From: an uncultured virus (IMG/VR IMGVR_UViG_3300021256_000108)
Lineage: Duplodnaviria > Heunggongvirae > Uroviricota > Caudoviricetes
Direction: 5' to 3' (one strand)
Length of the DNA stretch: 20,000 nucleotides
Virus record (IMG/VR): IMGVR_UViG_3300021256_000108
Shown here: positions 7,490 through 15,391 of the stretch, one piece after another
How positions within the stretch are numbered: the first letter of the stretch is position 1
How the letters are laid out: each line of letters opens with the position of its first letter
Notes under the pieces: generated by a model
Databases searched by the model: none
The model's input: only the letters and a program-made list of their open reading frames with translations
Told to the model about the DNA's origin: nothing
Made by a program: the position numbers and the translations under genes

Positions 7490-7915
7490 ATGGAATTAGA
7501 CGAAAGCAAATTAAAATCATATGACTTAGATAAAGCGAAAATCGGAGATAAAATTATTGTTGGGCGTTGTTACGATTATCCGTTATGGATGTTTGACGAA
7601 GTAATAATAAAATCAATTTCTCCTAAACGTGGTGATATAACATTATCTAATGGGAAAAGATACCAAAAGGACGGACGAAAAATTGGCGTTGGCAGGTGGG
7701 AAAGCCATTACGGTGACGGCTTTTTTGAACATACACAGAAGAATATAGCAATTATTAACAGTTATATAAGCGCAATGAATGAAGCAAGATATATTGTTAA
7801 ATTATTTAGAGAAATTGAAAAGCAAGGCTACAAAATACTTTATGATTTACCAGAATATAAAATAAGTGTTATTTACACAACATTTAAAGAGATTTTTGGT
7901 GAAGAAAATGTTTGA
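7490..7915 (+). CDS. Phage hypothetical protein
   Basis: 141-aa ORF with SD GGGGG, directly abutting the upstream stop. Confidence 0.65.
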   Translation: MELDESKLKSYDLDKAKIGDKIIVGRCYDYPLWMFDEVIIKSISPKRGDITLSNGKRYQKDGRKIGVGRWESHYGDGFFEHTQKNIAIINSYISAMNEARYIVKLFREIEKQGYKILYDLPEYKISVIYTTFKEIFGEENV

Positions 7916-8027
7916 ACATTGGCAAGCAATATTAGTGGGATTTTTATTTTGTTTACCTGCTTGCATAATTTTATTAATCTGGGCATGGATTAATCAGAGG
8001 GGTAAAAATGAAAAAAAAGACATTTGA
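7908..8027 (+). CDS. Small membrane protein (39 aa, not in ORF track)
   Basis: MFEHWQAILVGFLFCLPACIILLIWAWINQRGKNEKKDI; overlaps both neighbours. Confidence 0.55.
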   Translation: MFEHWQAILVGFLFCLPACIILLIWAWINQRGKNEKKDI

Positions 8028-8208
8028 AATCAGATTAACACTTGCAGAATTTTATGCGATACGAAATGCGCTTGCTAAACAAGGGAACGAAATAGAATTG
8101 CTAATAAAAATCAATGAGCAGATTGATATGTTACATCACTATTTTGATGGGCGGTGGCATTTGCCGCAAGGCGTTGAGCCTAATTTACGATTGTGGCGAT
8201 TGCGCTAG
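8008..8208 (+). CDS. Hypothetical protein
   Basis: 66-aa ORF with SD GAGGGG. Confidence 0.55.
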   Translation: MKKKTFEIRLTLAEFYAIRNALAKQGNEIELLIKINEQIDMLHHYFDGRWHLPQGVEPNLRLWRLR

Positions 8209-8224
8209 GGGGAAGGTGTAGAAA

Positions 8225-8512
8225 ATGAGCCGTAGATTTACAGGTGTAACTGATATTAACGGCAGGAAAATATATACGGGCGATACAGTTAAAATGCACT
8301 ATTTTTACGAAGCACATGATTATCATACATTAGGAGCGTATGAAGGCGAAGCAGAAGTAGTTGGTGTTGTAGGGCATTGTTGGGGAAAGTTTTACACAGA
8401 ACAAAAAGAACGACATTACTATAATGGCAAACTTGAAACGGTAAATTGCAGATATTATTGGGATAAATATTTACAAGAACCCGAAGAAGAATTGGAAGTT
8501 TTAGAGGTGTAG
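8225..8512 (+). CDS. YopX-like phage protein
   Basis: 'FTGVTDINGRKIYTGDTVK' resembles the YopX-family 'Q(Y/F)TG.KD.NG.EIYEGDI' motif. Confidence 0.65.
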   Translation: MSRRFTGVTDINGRKIYTGDTVKMHYFYEAHDYHTLGAYEGEAEVVGVVGHCWGKFYTEQKERHYYNGKLETVNCRYYWDKYLQEPEEELEVLEV

Positions 8513-8515
8513 AAA

Positions 8516-8905
8516 ATGACAGCGAATATTGAAAGAATGATTAATGAAAAAATGATTAAGGCGGCACGAGAACTTAAAACATTATGCGGGTCACTTCAAT
8601 TTGAAGATTGTGTCGTTAAGAAAATAGAATGTCCGTTTCAAGAACAACCATTAATAAAAGGTGATAAATATGTGTGCCTTTTAAAATCATTTAATAAATA
8701 CCCTTGTGATTGGGATATTCCAACTACTCTTGATGGGTGGATATGCAGGCTTGATAATGGTGACGCTAACGATTTGTCAAAGTCAGAGCAAGTTGAAATA
8801 AAAGAACTGTTGGTTGAACTGAAAGAACGCAGAGAACGAGAGGACAAAGAATTAGAAGAACGAGCATTAGAGATTGAGCGTAATGATTGGGAACGTGAAG
8901 AATAA
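8516..8905 (+). CDS. Hypothetical protein (Cys-containing)
   Basis: 129-aa ORF with SD GAGGTG. Confidence 0.6.
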   Translation: MTANIERMINEKMIKAARELKTLCGSLQFEDCVVKKIECPFQEQPLIKGDKYVCLLKSFNKYPCDWDIPTTLDGWICRLDNGDANDLSKSEQVEIKELLVELKERREREDKELEERALEIERNDWEREE

Positions 8906-9099
8906 TGAATATAACGGTTGAAAGTTATACAATTCATAATTTGACACAGAATGAACTTGATTTAATCTATACCGCGTTGTGCCGTTTCCCGTCTGATAAT
9001 CCTAGATGTTATGACGCTTTTTTGTTAAAAGAAAAAATAGGGCTATATCATAGTACGGTTTTAGCAAATAGGGAGCGTGAGAGTAATGAAAATAGGTGA
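8905..9099 (+). CDS. Hypothetical protein
   Basis: TAATG-coupled 64-aa ORF. Confidence 0.55.
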   Translation: MNITVESYTIHNLTQNELDLIYTALCRFPSDNPRCYDAFLLKEKIGLYHSTVLANRERESNENR

Positions 9100-9274
9100 C
9101 AAAGCAAAAGTAATTGATTGGCGTTCAATCTATGCGGGGGAAGTAGTTGAACTTATTAACGAAACTGATGATATGTATGTTTTTGCAAACAAAAAACATA
9201 AACGTGGCACGCTGACAGTTAGAAAAAATATAGCGCATGGATTTATTGCATGGGAGCGTGAAAGTAATGACTAA
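9086..9274 (+). CDS. Hypothetical protein (MKIGDKAKV, SH3-like start)
   Basis: ATG 9086 after GGGAG. Confidence 0.55.
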   Translation: MKIGDKAKVIDWRSIYAGEVVELINETDDMYVFANKKHKRGTLTVRKNIAHGFIAWERESND

Positions 9275-9443
9275 TAGAGATAAATTTTTACTCAAACTAA
9301 TTGATATGTCAGACAGGGAACTTGCTAATATTTATTGCCTATACATTAATGATTGCCGTGATTGTCATTTTGTTGGCGTAAAAGGTTGCTTTGAGAAACT
9401 TGTTGAGTGGATAAAGCAGGAGCATGAAAGCAATGAAGATTGA
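9267..9443 (+). CDS. Small Cys-rich hypothetical protein
   Basis: MTNRDK...CRDC...C...EWIKQEH; paralogous in pattern to 13889..14074. Confidence 0.6.
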   Translation: MTNRDKFLLKLIDMSDRELANIYCLYINDCRDCHFVGVKGCFEKLVEWIKQEHESNED

Positions 9444-9744
9444 AGAAGCTAAAAAGCTGTTACCACCGCAGTTAAAATATCCGTTGCCGATTGAAGTTAT
9501 AGACAACCTTTTAGGCGTACAAAGAATAGCAATAGACATGAGTGAGCCAGACGAAAAAGGTATGCACTATGCACTAATGGCGGCATTGATTGAACTGAAA
9601 GAAAGGAGAAACGGTGGCTCGTATAATTCTAACGCGAGAAAAGATTTCATGGATATTGTCTATGACGAATTAAGTGATGATGAAGATAATTTTCGAGCAA
9701 ACAGAATTATTGACGCGGCAGATGTATATGCAGATAGTTTTTAA
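9433..9744 (+). CDS. Hypothetical protein
   Basis: ATG after GGAG; shares 'L.ELKERR' with 8516..8905. Confidence 0.6.
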   Translation: MKIEEAKKLLPPQLKYPLPIEVIDNLLGVQRIAIDMSEPDEKGMHYALMAALIELKERRNGGSYNSNARKDFMDIVYDELSDDEDNFRANRIIDAADVYADSF

Positions 9745-9749
9745 GGAAC

Positions 9750-9965
9750 GTGATAAAAGTGAGTGATTATAAATGCAAGGTAAGAATTATCCGAGATAAG
9801 GAAATAACTGTCTATGCCAAGAATAAAACCGAAGCAGAAAAAGAAGCTAAAAACTTATGTAAATACGGTTGGGGATTACCTTTAGGTGAACACACAGAAG
9901 TTTTTGAAATTGAGCGCATAACAGCTAAGAAGAAAGCGCAGGAGTATGGAGAAAATAGGGCTTGA
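9750..9965 (+). CDS. Small hypothetical protein
   Basis: 'ITVYAKNKTEAEKEAK' is similar to the ORFs at 3537 and 3725; start uncertain (GTG 9750 or 9759). Confidence 0.55.
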   Translation: MIKVSDYKCKVRIIRDKEITVYAKNKTEAEKEAKNLCKYGWGLPLGEHTEVFEIERITAKKKAQEYGENRA

Positions 9966-9984
9966 ATAAATAGAGGTGGGCAAA

Positions 9985-10242
9985 ATGGCAAAGATATATT
10001 TATGCGTAACATTTGATAAAGATACAGGCGTTATGAGTTGTAATTGTGACGCGACTCTTAATGATTTAATTCTTACAACGGGATATTTATTACGACAACA
10101 ATTAATTATGTTGGCAAAAGAGCAAGCCCCTAAAGAGGGTATTGTTCTTGATGAAAAAATAGGTAAATATTTTTTGGCAGAAGCGGCAAAAAATTATAGC
10201 AAGCAAATTGCAAATATAATTGAATTTGGGGAGGTTAAGTAA
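9985..10242 (+). CDS. Hypothetical protein
   Basis: ATG 9985 after GAGGTG. Confidence 0.55.
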   Translation: MAKIYLCVTFDKDTGVMSCNCDATLNDLILTTGYLLRQQLIMLAKEQAPKEGIVLDEKIGKYFLAEAAKNYSKQIANIIEFGEVK

Positions 10243-10422
10243 ATGGCAAAGTTCCCCAAAATAACAAATAGTGAATTATTTATGGCAAAAATTTATGAAG
10301 CGTTAATTATGGCAACAGACTTCCAGATTGGAAGCGGAGCAATAATTGTGAACGACGGATTAGTTCGCATACCGAATATTACTGGAGATTATGCGGTGAA
10401 AGTTGAATTTGTAAAAAACTAG
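10243..10422 (+). CDS. Hypothetical protein (59 aa, not in ORF track)
   Basis: Strong SD GGAGGT; MAKFPKITNSELFMAKIYEAL...VKVEFVKN fills the gap between neighbours. Confidence 0.6.
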   Translation: MAKFPKITNSELFMAKIYEALIMATDFQIGSGAIIVNDGLVRIPNITGDYAVKVEFVKN

Positions 10423-10451
10423 GGAGCGTGCCGAAGAAGGGAGAGAATAAT

Positions 10452-10742
10452 ATGCGTTGGGTTACATATTATGAAGATGTTATGATGGGCGGTAAAGTAG
10501 CTGACATAACTATTCACAAAGATAAAGAGTCAGCGACGGAATATTTTAAGGCACATTACAAGGATTATTTTCAATTAAATCCTAAAGATATAAAAGTAAA
10601 ACTACCTATGAGCTATGGATTTGTGTTTCGTTCCTTTAATGGAGTATCACTCTTGAAATTTAAACGTAGAATGATGGAGCGATTCAATATTGACGAGCAT
10701 GAGTTTAATAGACAGCTAAAAGAATGGGAGCGTAGAAAATAA
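10452..10742 (+). CDS. Hypothetical protein
   Basis: ATG 10452 after AAGGGAG. Confidence 0.6.
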   Translation: MRWVTYYEDVMMGGKVADITIHKDKESATEYFKAHYKDYFQLNPKDIKVKLPMSYGFVFRSFNGVSLLKFKRRMMERFNIDEHEFNRQLKEWERRK

Positions 10743-10957
10743 TGGCAGATATAACAATGTGTCACGGAAATGATTGCCCATTGAAGAATAAATGTTATCG
10801 TTATACAGCGTATGCAGACCCGTATTGGCAATCTATATTTACAGAAATTCATTACAAAGGCGGCAAATGTAGTCATTTCTGGGATAACAGAGGTAAGCGA
10901 AATCGTCCAGATGGTGAGCCTATGTTTAAGGAGCGTGTTTCAGATGATAGAGAATGA
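10742..10957 (+). CDS. Small Cys-rich phage protein
   Basis: 'MADITMCHGNDCPLKNKCYRY...C.HFW'; TAATG coupling. Confidence 0.65.
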   Translation: MADITMCHGNDCPLKNKCYRYTAYADPYWQSIFTEIHYKGGKCSHFWDNRGKRNRPDGEPMFKERVSDDRE

Positions 10958-11138
10958 GTTGAAACCTTGTCAATGCGGAAGTGATGTAGAACTTTGCAGA
11001 GGTGATGATGATTATTATATTTATTGCCCAAAATGCAAGTTAAAAACTTATTCGGATAGAGTCTACGATAACATTACAGATAACTGTGACAGATTAATAG
11101 ATGTTTGGAATCGGAGGGGTTTAGATGGCAGAGAATAA
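10944..11138 (+). CDS. Lar-like Zn-ribbon protein
   Basis: MIENELKPCQCGS...YIYCPKC...LIDVWNRR; start after AAGGAG. Confidence 0.65.
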   Translation: MIENELKPCQCGSDVELCRGDDDYYIYCPKCKLKTYSDRVYDNITDNCDRLIDVWNRRGLDGRE

Positions 11139-11319
11139 ATTAAACAGGTGCGAATGTGGTTCACAAGTTGATGTGTGGCAGAATGATGATGGGTATTATG
11201 TAGTTGGGTGCGGTAATTGGGGTTGTCCTAATTGTGCCCATAAATCAATGGATATATATAAAAGTGAAGAATCTGCTATAAAAGCATGGAATCGGAGGGT
11301 TTCAGATGGCAAGTTATAG
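11125..11319 (+). CDS. Lar-like Zn-ribbon protein
   Basis: MAENKLNRCECGS...VGCGNWGC...EESAIKAWNRR. Confidence 0.65.
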   Translation: MAENKLNRCECGSQVDVWQNDDGYYVVGCGNWGCPNCAHKSMDIYKSEESAIKAWNRRVSDGKL

Positions 11320-11407
11320 GCAAGTTAAAAATGTCAATAACGGTACGGATTTTGCTAATGATATTATTGGTAACGGCAAGTTGTAGGCAAGTTAAGGAGG
11401 GGCGAAA

Positions 11408-11605
11408 ATGGCAGAAAATAAAACTTGCCCGTTTTGTGGTAGTGACAGTATAGAAGTTTATACGCATTATGGTGAAAGCGCAGGGATTCAGTACGGCGGT
11501 TATTACCCAGAATGTACGGTTTGTGGTTGCAGGTTGAATTATTATGATAGCAGGGAAGAAGCATTAAAAGCGTGGAACGAAAGGGATAATCATGGCAGAG
11601 AATAA
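11408..11605 (+). CDS. Lar-family restriction alleviation protein
   Basis: 'CPFCGS...ECTVCG...SREEALKAWNER' is the canonical Lar-family pattern; SD AAGGAGG. Confidence 0.75.
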   Translation: MAENKTCPFCGSDSIEVYTHYGESAGIQYGGYYPECTVCGCRLNYYDSREEALKAWNERDNHGRE

Positions 11606-11942
11606 AATGAAAAAATATGACGGCGTAAATAATTCTTTCGGAACAACTACTATTAAAGTCTTATTTCAAGTAGATGAATATAAAGGGGCTATGATATATA
11701 AGATTGGGGGAAATTGTAAAGGCTTGTCGGCATTACCACATGACGGTATGAGTATTATTGACAATCTGGAAACAGCGGAATTTGAGGATATGAATATAAT
11801 TCCTTATGATGATAATGATTGGTTTGCAAAAATTTTTCTCACTAAATCTTATAATGATACACTTGAATATGATGTAGAATCAGAAGCAGAATTTGAAAAT
11901 ATGATTATCGGTATGCAGATTATTGATTTTACGGAGGATTGA
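11592..11942 (+). CDS. Acidic hypothetical protein
   Basis: 116-aa ORF starting MAENKM, coupled to the upstream gene. Confidence 0.6.
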   Translation: MAENKMKKYDGVNNSFGTTTIKVLFQVDEYKGAMIYKIGGNCKGLSALPHDGMSIIDNLETAEFEDMNIIPYDDNDWFAKIFLTKSYNDTLEYDVESEAEFENMIIGMQIIDFTED

Positions 11943-11946
11943 TTAG

Positions 11947-12126
11947 ATGGCAGAGAATAATAAATGCTGTGCTAATTGCAAGCATTATGCAGAATATGAG
12001 CGCAAGGACGGCGTAGTAATATGCGGTTGTTATTCCTATGACATGATGTGTGATAAGTCAACAATAGACATTAATAAGTGTAATTGCTTAGACGGAGAAG
12101 GGTGGGAATGTGAAGATGGCAGATGA
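11947..12126 (+). CDS. Small Cys-rich protein (59 aa, not in ORF track)
   Basis: SD GGAGG; MAENNKCCANCKHY...CGC...C...CNC...WECEDGR. Confidence 0.6.
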   Translation: MAENNKCCANCKHYAEYERKDGVVICGCYSYDMMCDKSTIDINKCNCLDGEGWECEDGR

Positions 12127-12493
12127 TGTAATGGCATTTCCCGATACATGGGAAGAATATGAAGATTTCTACGGATTCTATGATATTAAACAGGCTTATA
12201 TGTTTGGAAATACTAGACTTATACCTAGTTTTAGAGTACAGCAATGGTTAAATCATTTAGATGATATAAACCGTAAGAAACAATCACAGAAAAACAAGAT
12301 GGAGCAGATTTCTAAAATGTTCGGCAAGGAACTAAACGAAAATTTCTGTGTTAGTTGTTGCAATACTAGGTTCTTACTTAAATTTACTTCTGATGGATTG
12401 TTGGTTTTTGATGATTCGTGGGGGCATTGGAACGGCGAAGATGGAATGTTAGAGGCTTTACTCACAGGAGAGGCGGTGATTATTGATGAATGA
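12116..12493 (+). CDS. Hypothetical protein, two-domain (C-terminal 'NKM..AK.FGK...AVII' paralog domain)
   Basis: C-terminal half is similar to the next three ORFs. Confidence 0.65.
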   Translation: MADDVMAFPDTWEEYEDFYGFYDIKQAYMFGNTRLIPSFRVQQWLNHLDDINRKKQSQKNKMEQISKMFGKELNENFCVSCCNTRFLLKFTSDGLLVFDDSWGHWNGEDGMLEALLTGEAVIIDE

Positions 12494-12866
12494 GAACAAG
12501 ACGGCAGAGGAAAAAGATATAAATTTAATAGCTATTAAATCTTTAATAGAATGTATTGACAATAGAGATATTGCCGAAGGTGGGATTTTTCTTGATGATG
12601 ATAATGCAGAATTTGTTGCTGACATTTTACGTTATCATTATGAGTTATTAACATCAAAGAATAAAATGGGAGAAGTTGCCAAAATATTTGGGAAAGAGTT
12701 GGGCGAAGAATTTATAGTAAATGAAGAAGAATGTCGTAAAAATTTGATATGTAAAATGACTGAAAGAGGATTATTCTTTTACCACGGTAGCTACAAAGCG
12801 TGGTGGCAGGATAGCGGGCTGTTATCTGAATTACTCATAGGTAAGGCGGTGATTATCAATGAGTGA
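12486..12866 (+). CDS. Hypothetical protein, two-domain (same C-terminal paralog domain)
   Basis: 'NKMGEVAKIFGKELGEEF...LLIGKAVIINE'. Confidence 0.65.
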   Translation: MNENKTAEEKDINLIAIKSLIECIDNRDIAEGGIFLDDDNAEFVADILRYHYELLTSKNKMGEVAKIFGKELGEEFIVNEEECRKNLICKMTERGLFFYHGSYKAWWQDSGLLSELLIGKAVIINE

Positions 12867-13065
12867 TAACAAAATGGCAGAAGTAGCCAAGCTGTTCGGG
12901 ATGAAGATGGGTGATGAATTTGATGTGAGGTTTAACGGTAAACTAAAATGCTTGAAGTTTGATGAACAGCGTGGATTGCTTTATTTTAATGGTAATGAAT
13001 GGCGAAAAAATTATGCTTATCTTGATTGGTTGGTGCGCGGTAAGATGGTGATTGTTGATGAATGA
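12859..13065 (+). CDS. Hypothetical protein (stand-alone paralog domain)
   Basis: 'NKMAEVAKLFGMKMGDEF...LVRGKMVIVDE'. Confidence 0.65.
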   Translation: MSDNKMAEVAKLFGMKMGDEFDVRFNGKLKCLKFDEQRGLLYFNGNEWRKNYAYLDWLVRGKMVIVDE

Positions 13066-13282
13066 AGATATAATGGTAGAAGTAGCTAAACTTCTGGGGC
13101 AAAAAATAAATAAAAGATTTACGGTTGAATATTTCAATACGAAATTTGATTGCAAGTTTTTCAAACGCGCGAGTGGAAAATGTGATTTTACAGTATTAGA
13201 TGAACCAGAGTTTTCATTCTGTTTCACCGAACAGATTTTGTATGCGTTAATTACGGGTGGGGCGGTGATTGTTAATGATTGA
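13058..13282 (+). CDS. Hypothetical protein (stand-alone paralog domain)
   Basis: 'MVEVAKLLGQKINKRF...LITGGAVIVND'. Confidence 0.65.
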   Translation: MNEDIMVEVAKLLGQKINKRFTVEYFNTKFDCKFFKRASGKCDFTVLDEPEFSFCFTEQILYALITGGAVIVND

Positions 13283-13508
13283 TGAAAGAAAAATAGAGAT
13301 TATTGCTAAGAATTTCTCTTATGATTATTGGGATAATCATAAAAAGACCTTAGAGAATATGATAAGAATTGTTTATATTGAAGGGTTTAAAGAGGGAGTC
13401 CAGAAAGCGGCAGAAACGTGTAGTAGATGTGAAGGAAAGGGCGAAAATTTTGAACACGGGGCAGATGTATGTAAATCATGTAAAAGGGGCGTGATTATTG
13501 ATGAATAA
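13275..13508 (+). CDS. Hypothetical protein with C-terminal CxxC pairs
   Basis: 'CSRC...CKSCKRGVIIDE'. Confidence 0.6.
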   Translation: MIDERKIEIIAKNFSYDYWDNHKKTLENMIRIVYIEGFKEGVQKAAETCSRCEGKGENFEHGADVCKSCKRGVIIDE

Positions 13509-13525
13509 AAAGAGGAGGGCTGACA

Positions 13526-13732
13526 ATGATAGACAAAAGTAACAGATATACTTATCAAAAACCGCAATATGATTTTGCCAAAGAATTGATAGACGAACTT
13601 TATGCAGAACTTGATAGTTCTGAAGATGAATGGGATAGAGGATATAATTCTGGCATACGATTTGTGATACATAAATTAAAAAGGTATACGAGTAAAGTTG
13701 AACGTGATTTTGGCATAAAAGCGGAGGGCTGA
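13526..13732 (+). CDS. Hypothetical protein
   Basis: 68-aa ORF with SD GAGGAGG. Confidence 0.6.
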   Translation: MIDKSNRYTYQKPQYDFAKELIDELYAELDSSEDEWDRGYNSGIRFVIHKLKRYTSKVERDFGIKAEG

Positions 13733-13734
13733 TA

Positions 13735-13896
13735 ATGAAATCATGGCTAAAAGGTAATGTGTATGTCTTTCGACAAGGCTACAAAGACGGCAGGGGGATT
13801 GCACGAAAAATGCACAGTACGGGTGCAAAAAATAGACCAAGAAGCAGAATGATTCGTAGGGCAAAGAGGATGATTAGGATGGTTGACAATGACTAA
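13735..13896 (+). CDS. Small basic hypothetical protein (53 aa, not in ORF track)
   Basis: SD GGAGG; MKSWLKGNVYVFRQGYKDGRGIARK...; overlaps the next start. Confidence 0.45.
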   Translation: MKSWLKGNVYVFRQGYKDGRGIARKMHSTGAKNRPRSRMIRRAKRMIRMVDND

Positions 13897-14074
13897 CGGC
13901 GATTGGGTGCGGTCAATGACGGATGAACAGTTAGCAAAATGGCTTGACACATTTGATATGGACATTTGCGAGAATTGCCCGTTGAGCGATAACGCATGTT
14001 GCGAAGAAGAATTATGTATTGAACAATGGCAAAAATGGGTAAAGCAGGAGCATAAGGATAATAGCAATGACTAA
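13889..14074 (+). CDS. Small Cys-rich phage protein
   Basis: 'MTNGDWVRSMTDEQLAKWL...CENCP...C...KWVKQEH'. Confidence 0.65.
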   Translation: MTNGDWVRSMTDEQLAKWLDTFDMDICENCPLSDNACCEEELCIEQWQKWVKQEHKDNSND

Positions 14075-14303
14075 TCGTGAGTGGCTAAATTCGCTAAATA
14101 AACAACAAAAAAAAAGGAGCATTGTTGTAATGAGTTATGAGTTTTCGGACAGAATGATATTGAAAGGAGAATTGTTAAAATATCGGAGATATTTATGCGA
14201 AAAAACAGTAGAACGCGGGAAGAAATGTGAAGATTGTTCCGCACATATCAAAGATATTAATAAATGTATTGTTGGTTTGATGATTAAAAAGATAGACGCA
14301 TAG
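14067..14303 (+). CDS. Hypothetical Cys-containing protein
   Basis: MTNREWLNSL...CEDC...C; Cys spacing similar to 14936..15127. Confidence 0.55.
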   Translation: MTNREWLNSLNKQQKKRSIVVMSYEFSDRMILKGELLKYRRYLCEKTVERGKKCEDCSAHIKDINKCIVGLMIKKIDA

Positions 14304-14315
14304 GAGGATAGCAAT

Positions 14316-14612
14316 ATGGAAGATGGAATGATTGATGTACCTTCAATTTTAATGGGGGAAAATGGAGAGCCGCACCATTTCTTAGGTATAGGGAGGGGCG
14401 AAATAAATGGCAAGGAGTATGTTTCGCTTACGTTCCATAAAATTCCAGAGGGGAAGGATTATACATGGGGGGATTTGTGGAAAGAAGAAGGAAACCCAGA
14501 AATGTTTTTTGCAATCGCTTTCGGTTCGGTGAAATGCGTTGATGTAATGATTTCACAGTTGAAAGAAATAAAAAAAGAAATGATGGAGAAGGAATCAAAA
14601 AATGGCGATTAA
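14316..14612 (+). CDS. Hypothetical protein
   Basis: 98-aa ORF with SD AGGAGG. Confidence 0.6.
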   Translation: MEDGMIDVPSILMGENGEPHHFLGIGRGEINGKEYVSLTFHKIPEGKDYTWGDLWKEEGNPEMFFAIAFGSVKCVDVMISQLKEIKKEMMEKESKNGD

Positions 14613-14958
14613 TTCAAAGGATAAAGGTAAAAGGGGAGAACTTCTCTGGACTAAATTGTGTAGGGAACATGGTTTTGAAGAAGTCAGACGGACGGCGCAA
14701 TATTGTGGTAATACGGGTGAAGCTAGTGATTGTGTGGGATTGCCATTTATCCATCAAGAAGTAAAAAATGTGGAGCGTCTTAATATTAGGGCGGCTATGT
14801 TTCAAGCAGAGAATGACGCTAGGGAAGGTGAAATACCCATAGTAGCGCATAAGCAAAACCGTAAGCCGTGGTTGGTTACAATGAACGCTGATGATTTTTT
14901 CAAGTTGTATAAAGCATGGTTAGAGGGGGTATCTGATGGAGAACAAGGACAAGCGTAA
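14602..14958 (+). CDS. PD-(D/E)xK nuclease, putative phage Holliday junction resolvase (Hjc-like)
   Basis: 'NSKDKGKRGEL...GF...RR...SDCVG...HQEVKNVERLN...PIVAHKQNRKPWLV' fits the E...D...ExK layout. Confidence 0.75.
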   Translation: MAINSKDKGKRGELLWTKLCREHGFEEVRRTAQYCGNTGEASDCVGLPFIHQEVKNVERLNIRAAMFQAENDAREGEIPIVAHKQNRKPWLVTMNADDFFKLYKAWLEGVSDGEQGQA

Positions 14959-15127
14959 ACTATGTAATCTTCTTAAAGAATACCGAAAAGAATATTGTGA
15001 TACAGCAAAGGTAGCCGCAAGAAAATGGCTAACAGAGAAATGTGATGTTTGCGATTTGGCAACATCAAGCGGTTGTATGATTGATGTTATTGCGTTGAAG
15101 TTGGAAAACGAGTTGTGGGAGGGATAG
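14936..15127 (+). CDS. Small Cys-containing hypothetical protein
   Basis: SD GAGGGGG; 'YCD...KCDVCD...GC'. Confidence 0.55.
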   Translation: MENKDKRKLCNLLKEYRKEYCDTAKVAARKWLTEKCDVCDLATSSGCMIDVIALKLENELWEG

Positions 15128-15133
15128 AAGTAA

Positions 15134-15391
15134 ATGAAATACAAAGTCGGAGACAAGGTGCGATTTATAAAGCCTATTCGGGTAAATGGTGAATATGGCT
15201 ATGTAGATAAAGACATTATATTTACTATTTCCTATTTTGACTACAAAGAAAAAACGTATTGGATAGGCAATATGATTTTTGGAACAAAAATGTTAGAAGA
15301 ATTAACTGAACCTGTGGCAACAAAAAATTTTACAAGTGCATTGATAGAACGTATTAAAGGAGAAGGACAAGATGAAATACAAAGTTGGTGA
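15134..15391 (+). CDS. Hypothetical protein (MKYKVGDKV, SH3-like domain)
   Basis: Same N-terminus as the next ORF. Confidence 0.6.
   Translation: MKYKVGDKVRFIKPIRVNGEYGYVDKDIIFTISYFDYKEKTYWIGNMIFGTKMLEELTEPVATKNFTSALIERIKGEGQDEIQSW

Noticed and set aside
10812..10943. N-terminal extension of ORF 10812..11138
   Set aside because: It overlaps gene 10742..10957 extensively; the SD-supported start is ATG 10944.
11331..11453. Lipoprotein-like ORF MSITVRILLMILLVTASC...
   Set aside because: No SD, non-canonical lipobox, and it overlaps the well-supported Lar-like gene at 11408.
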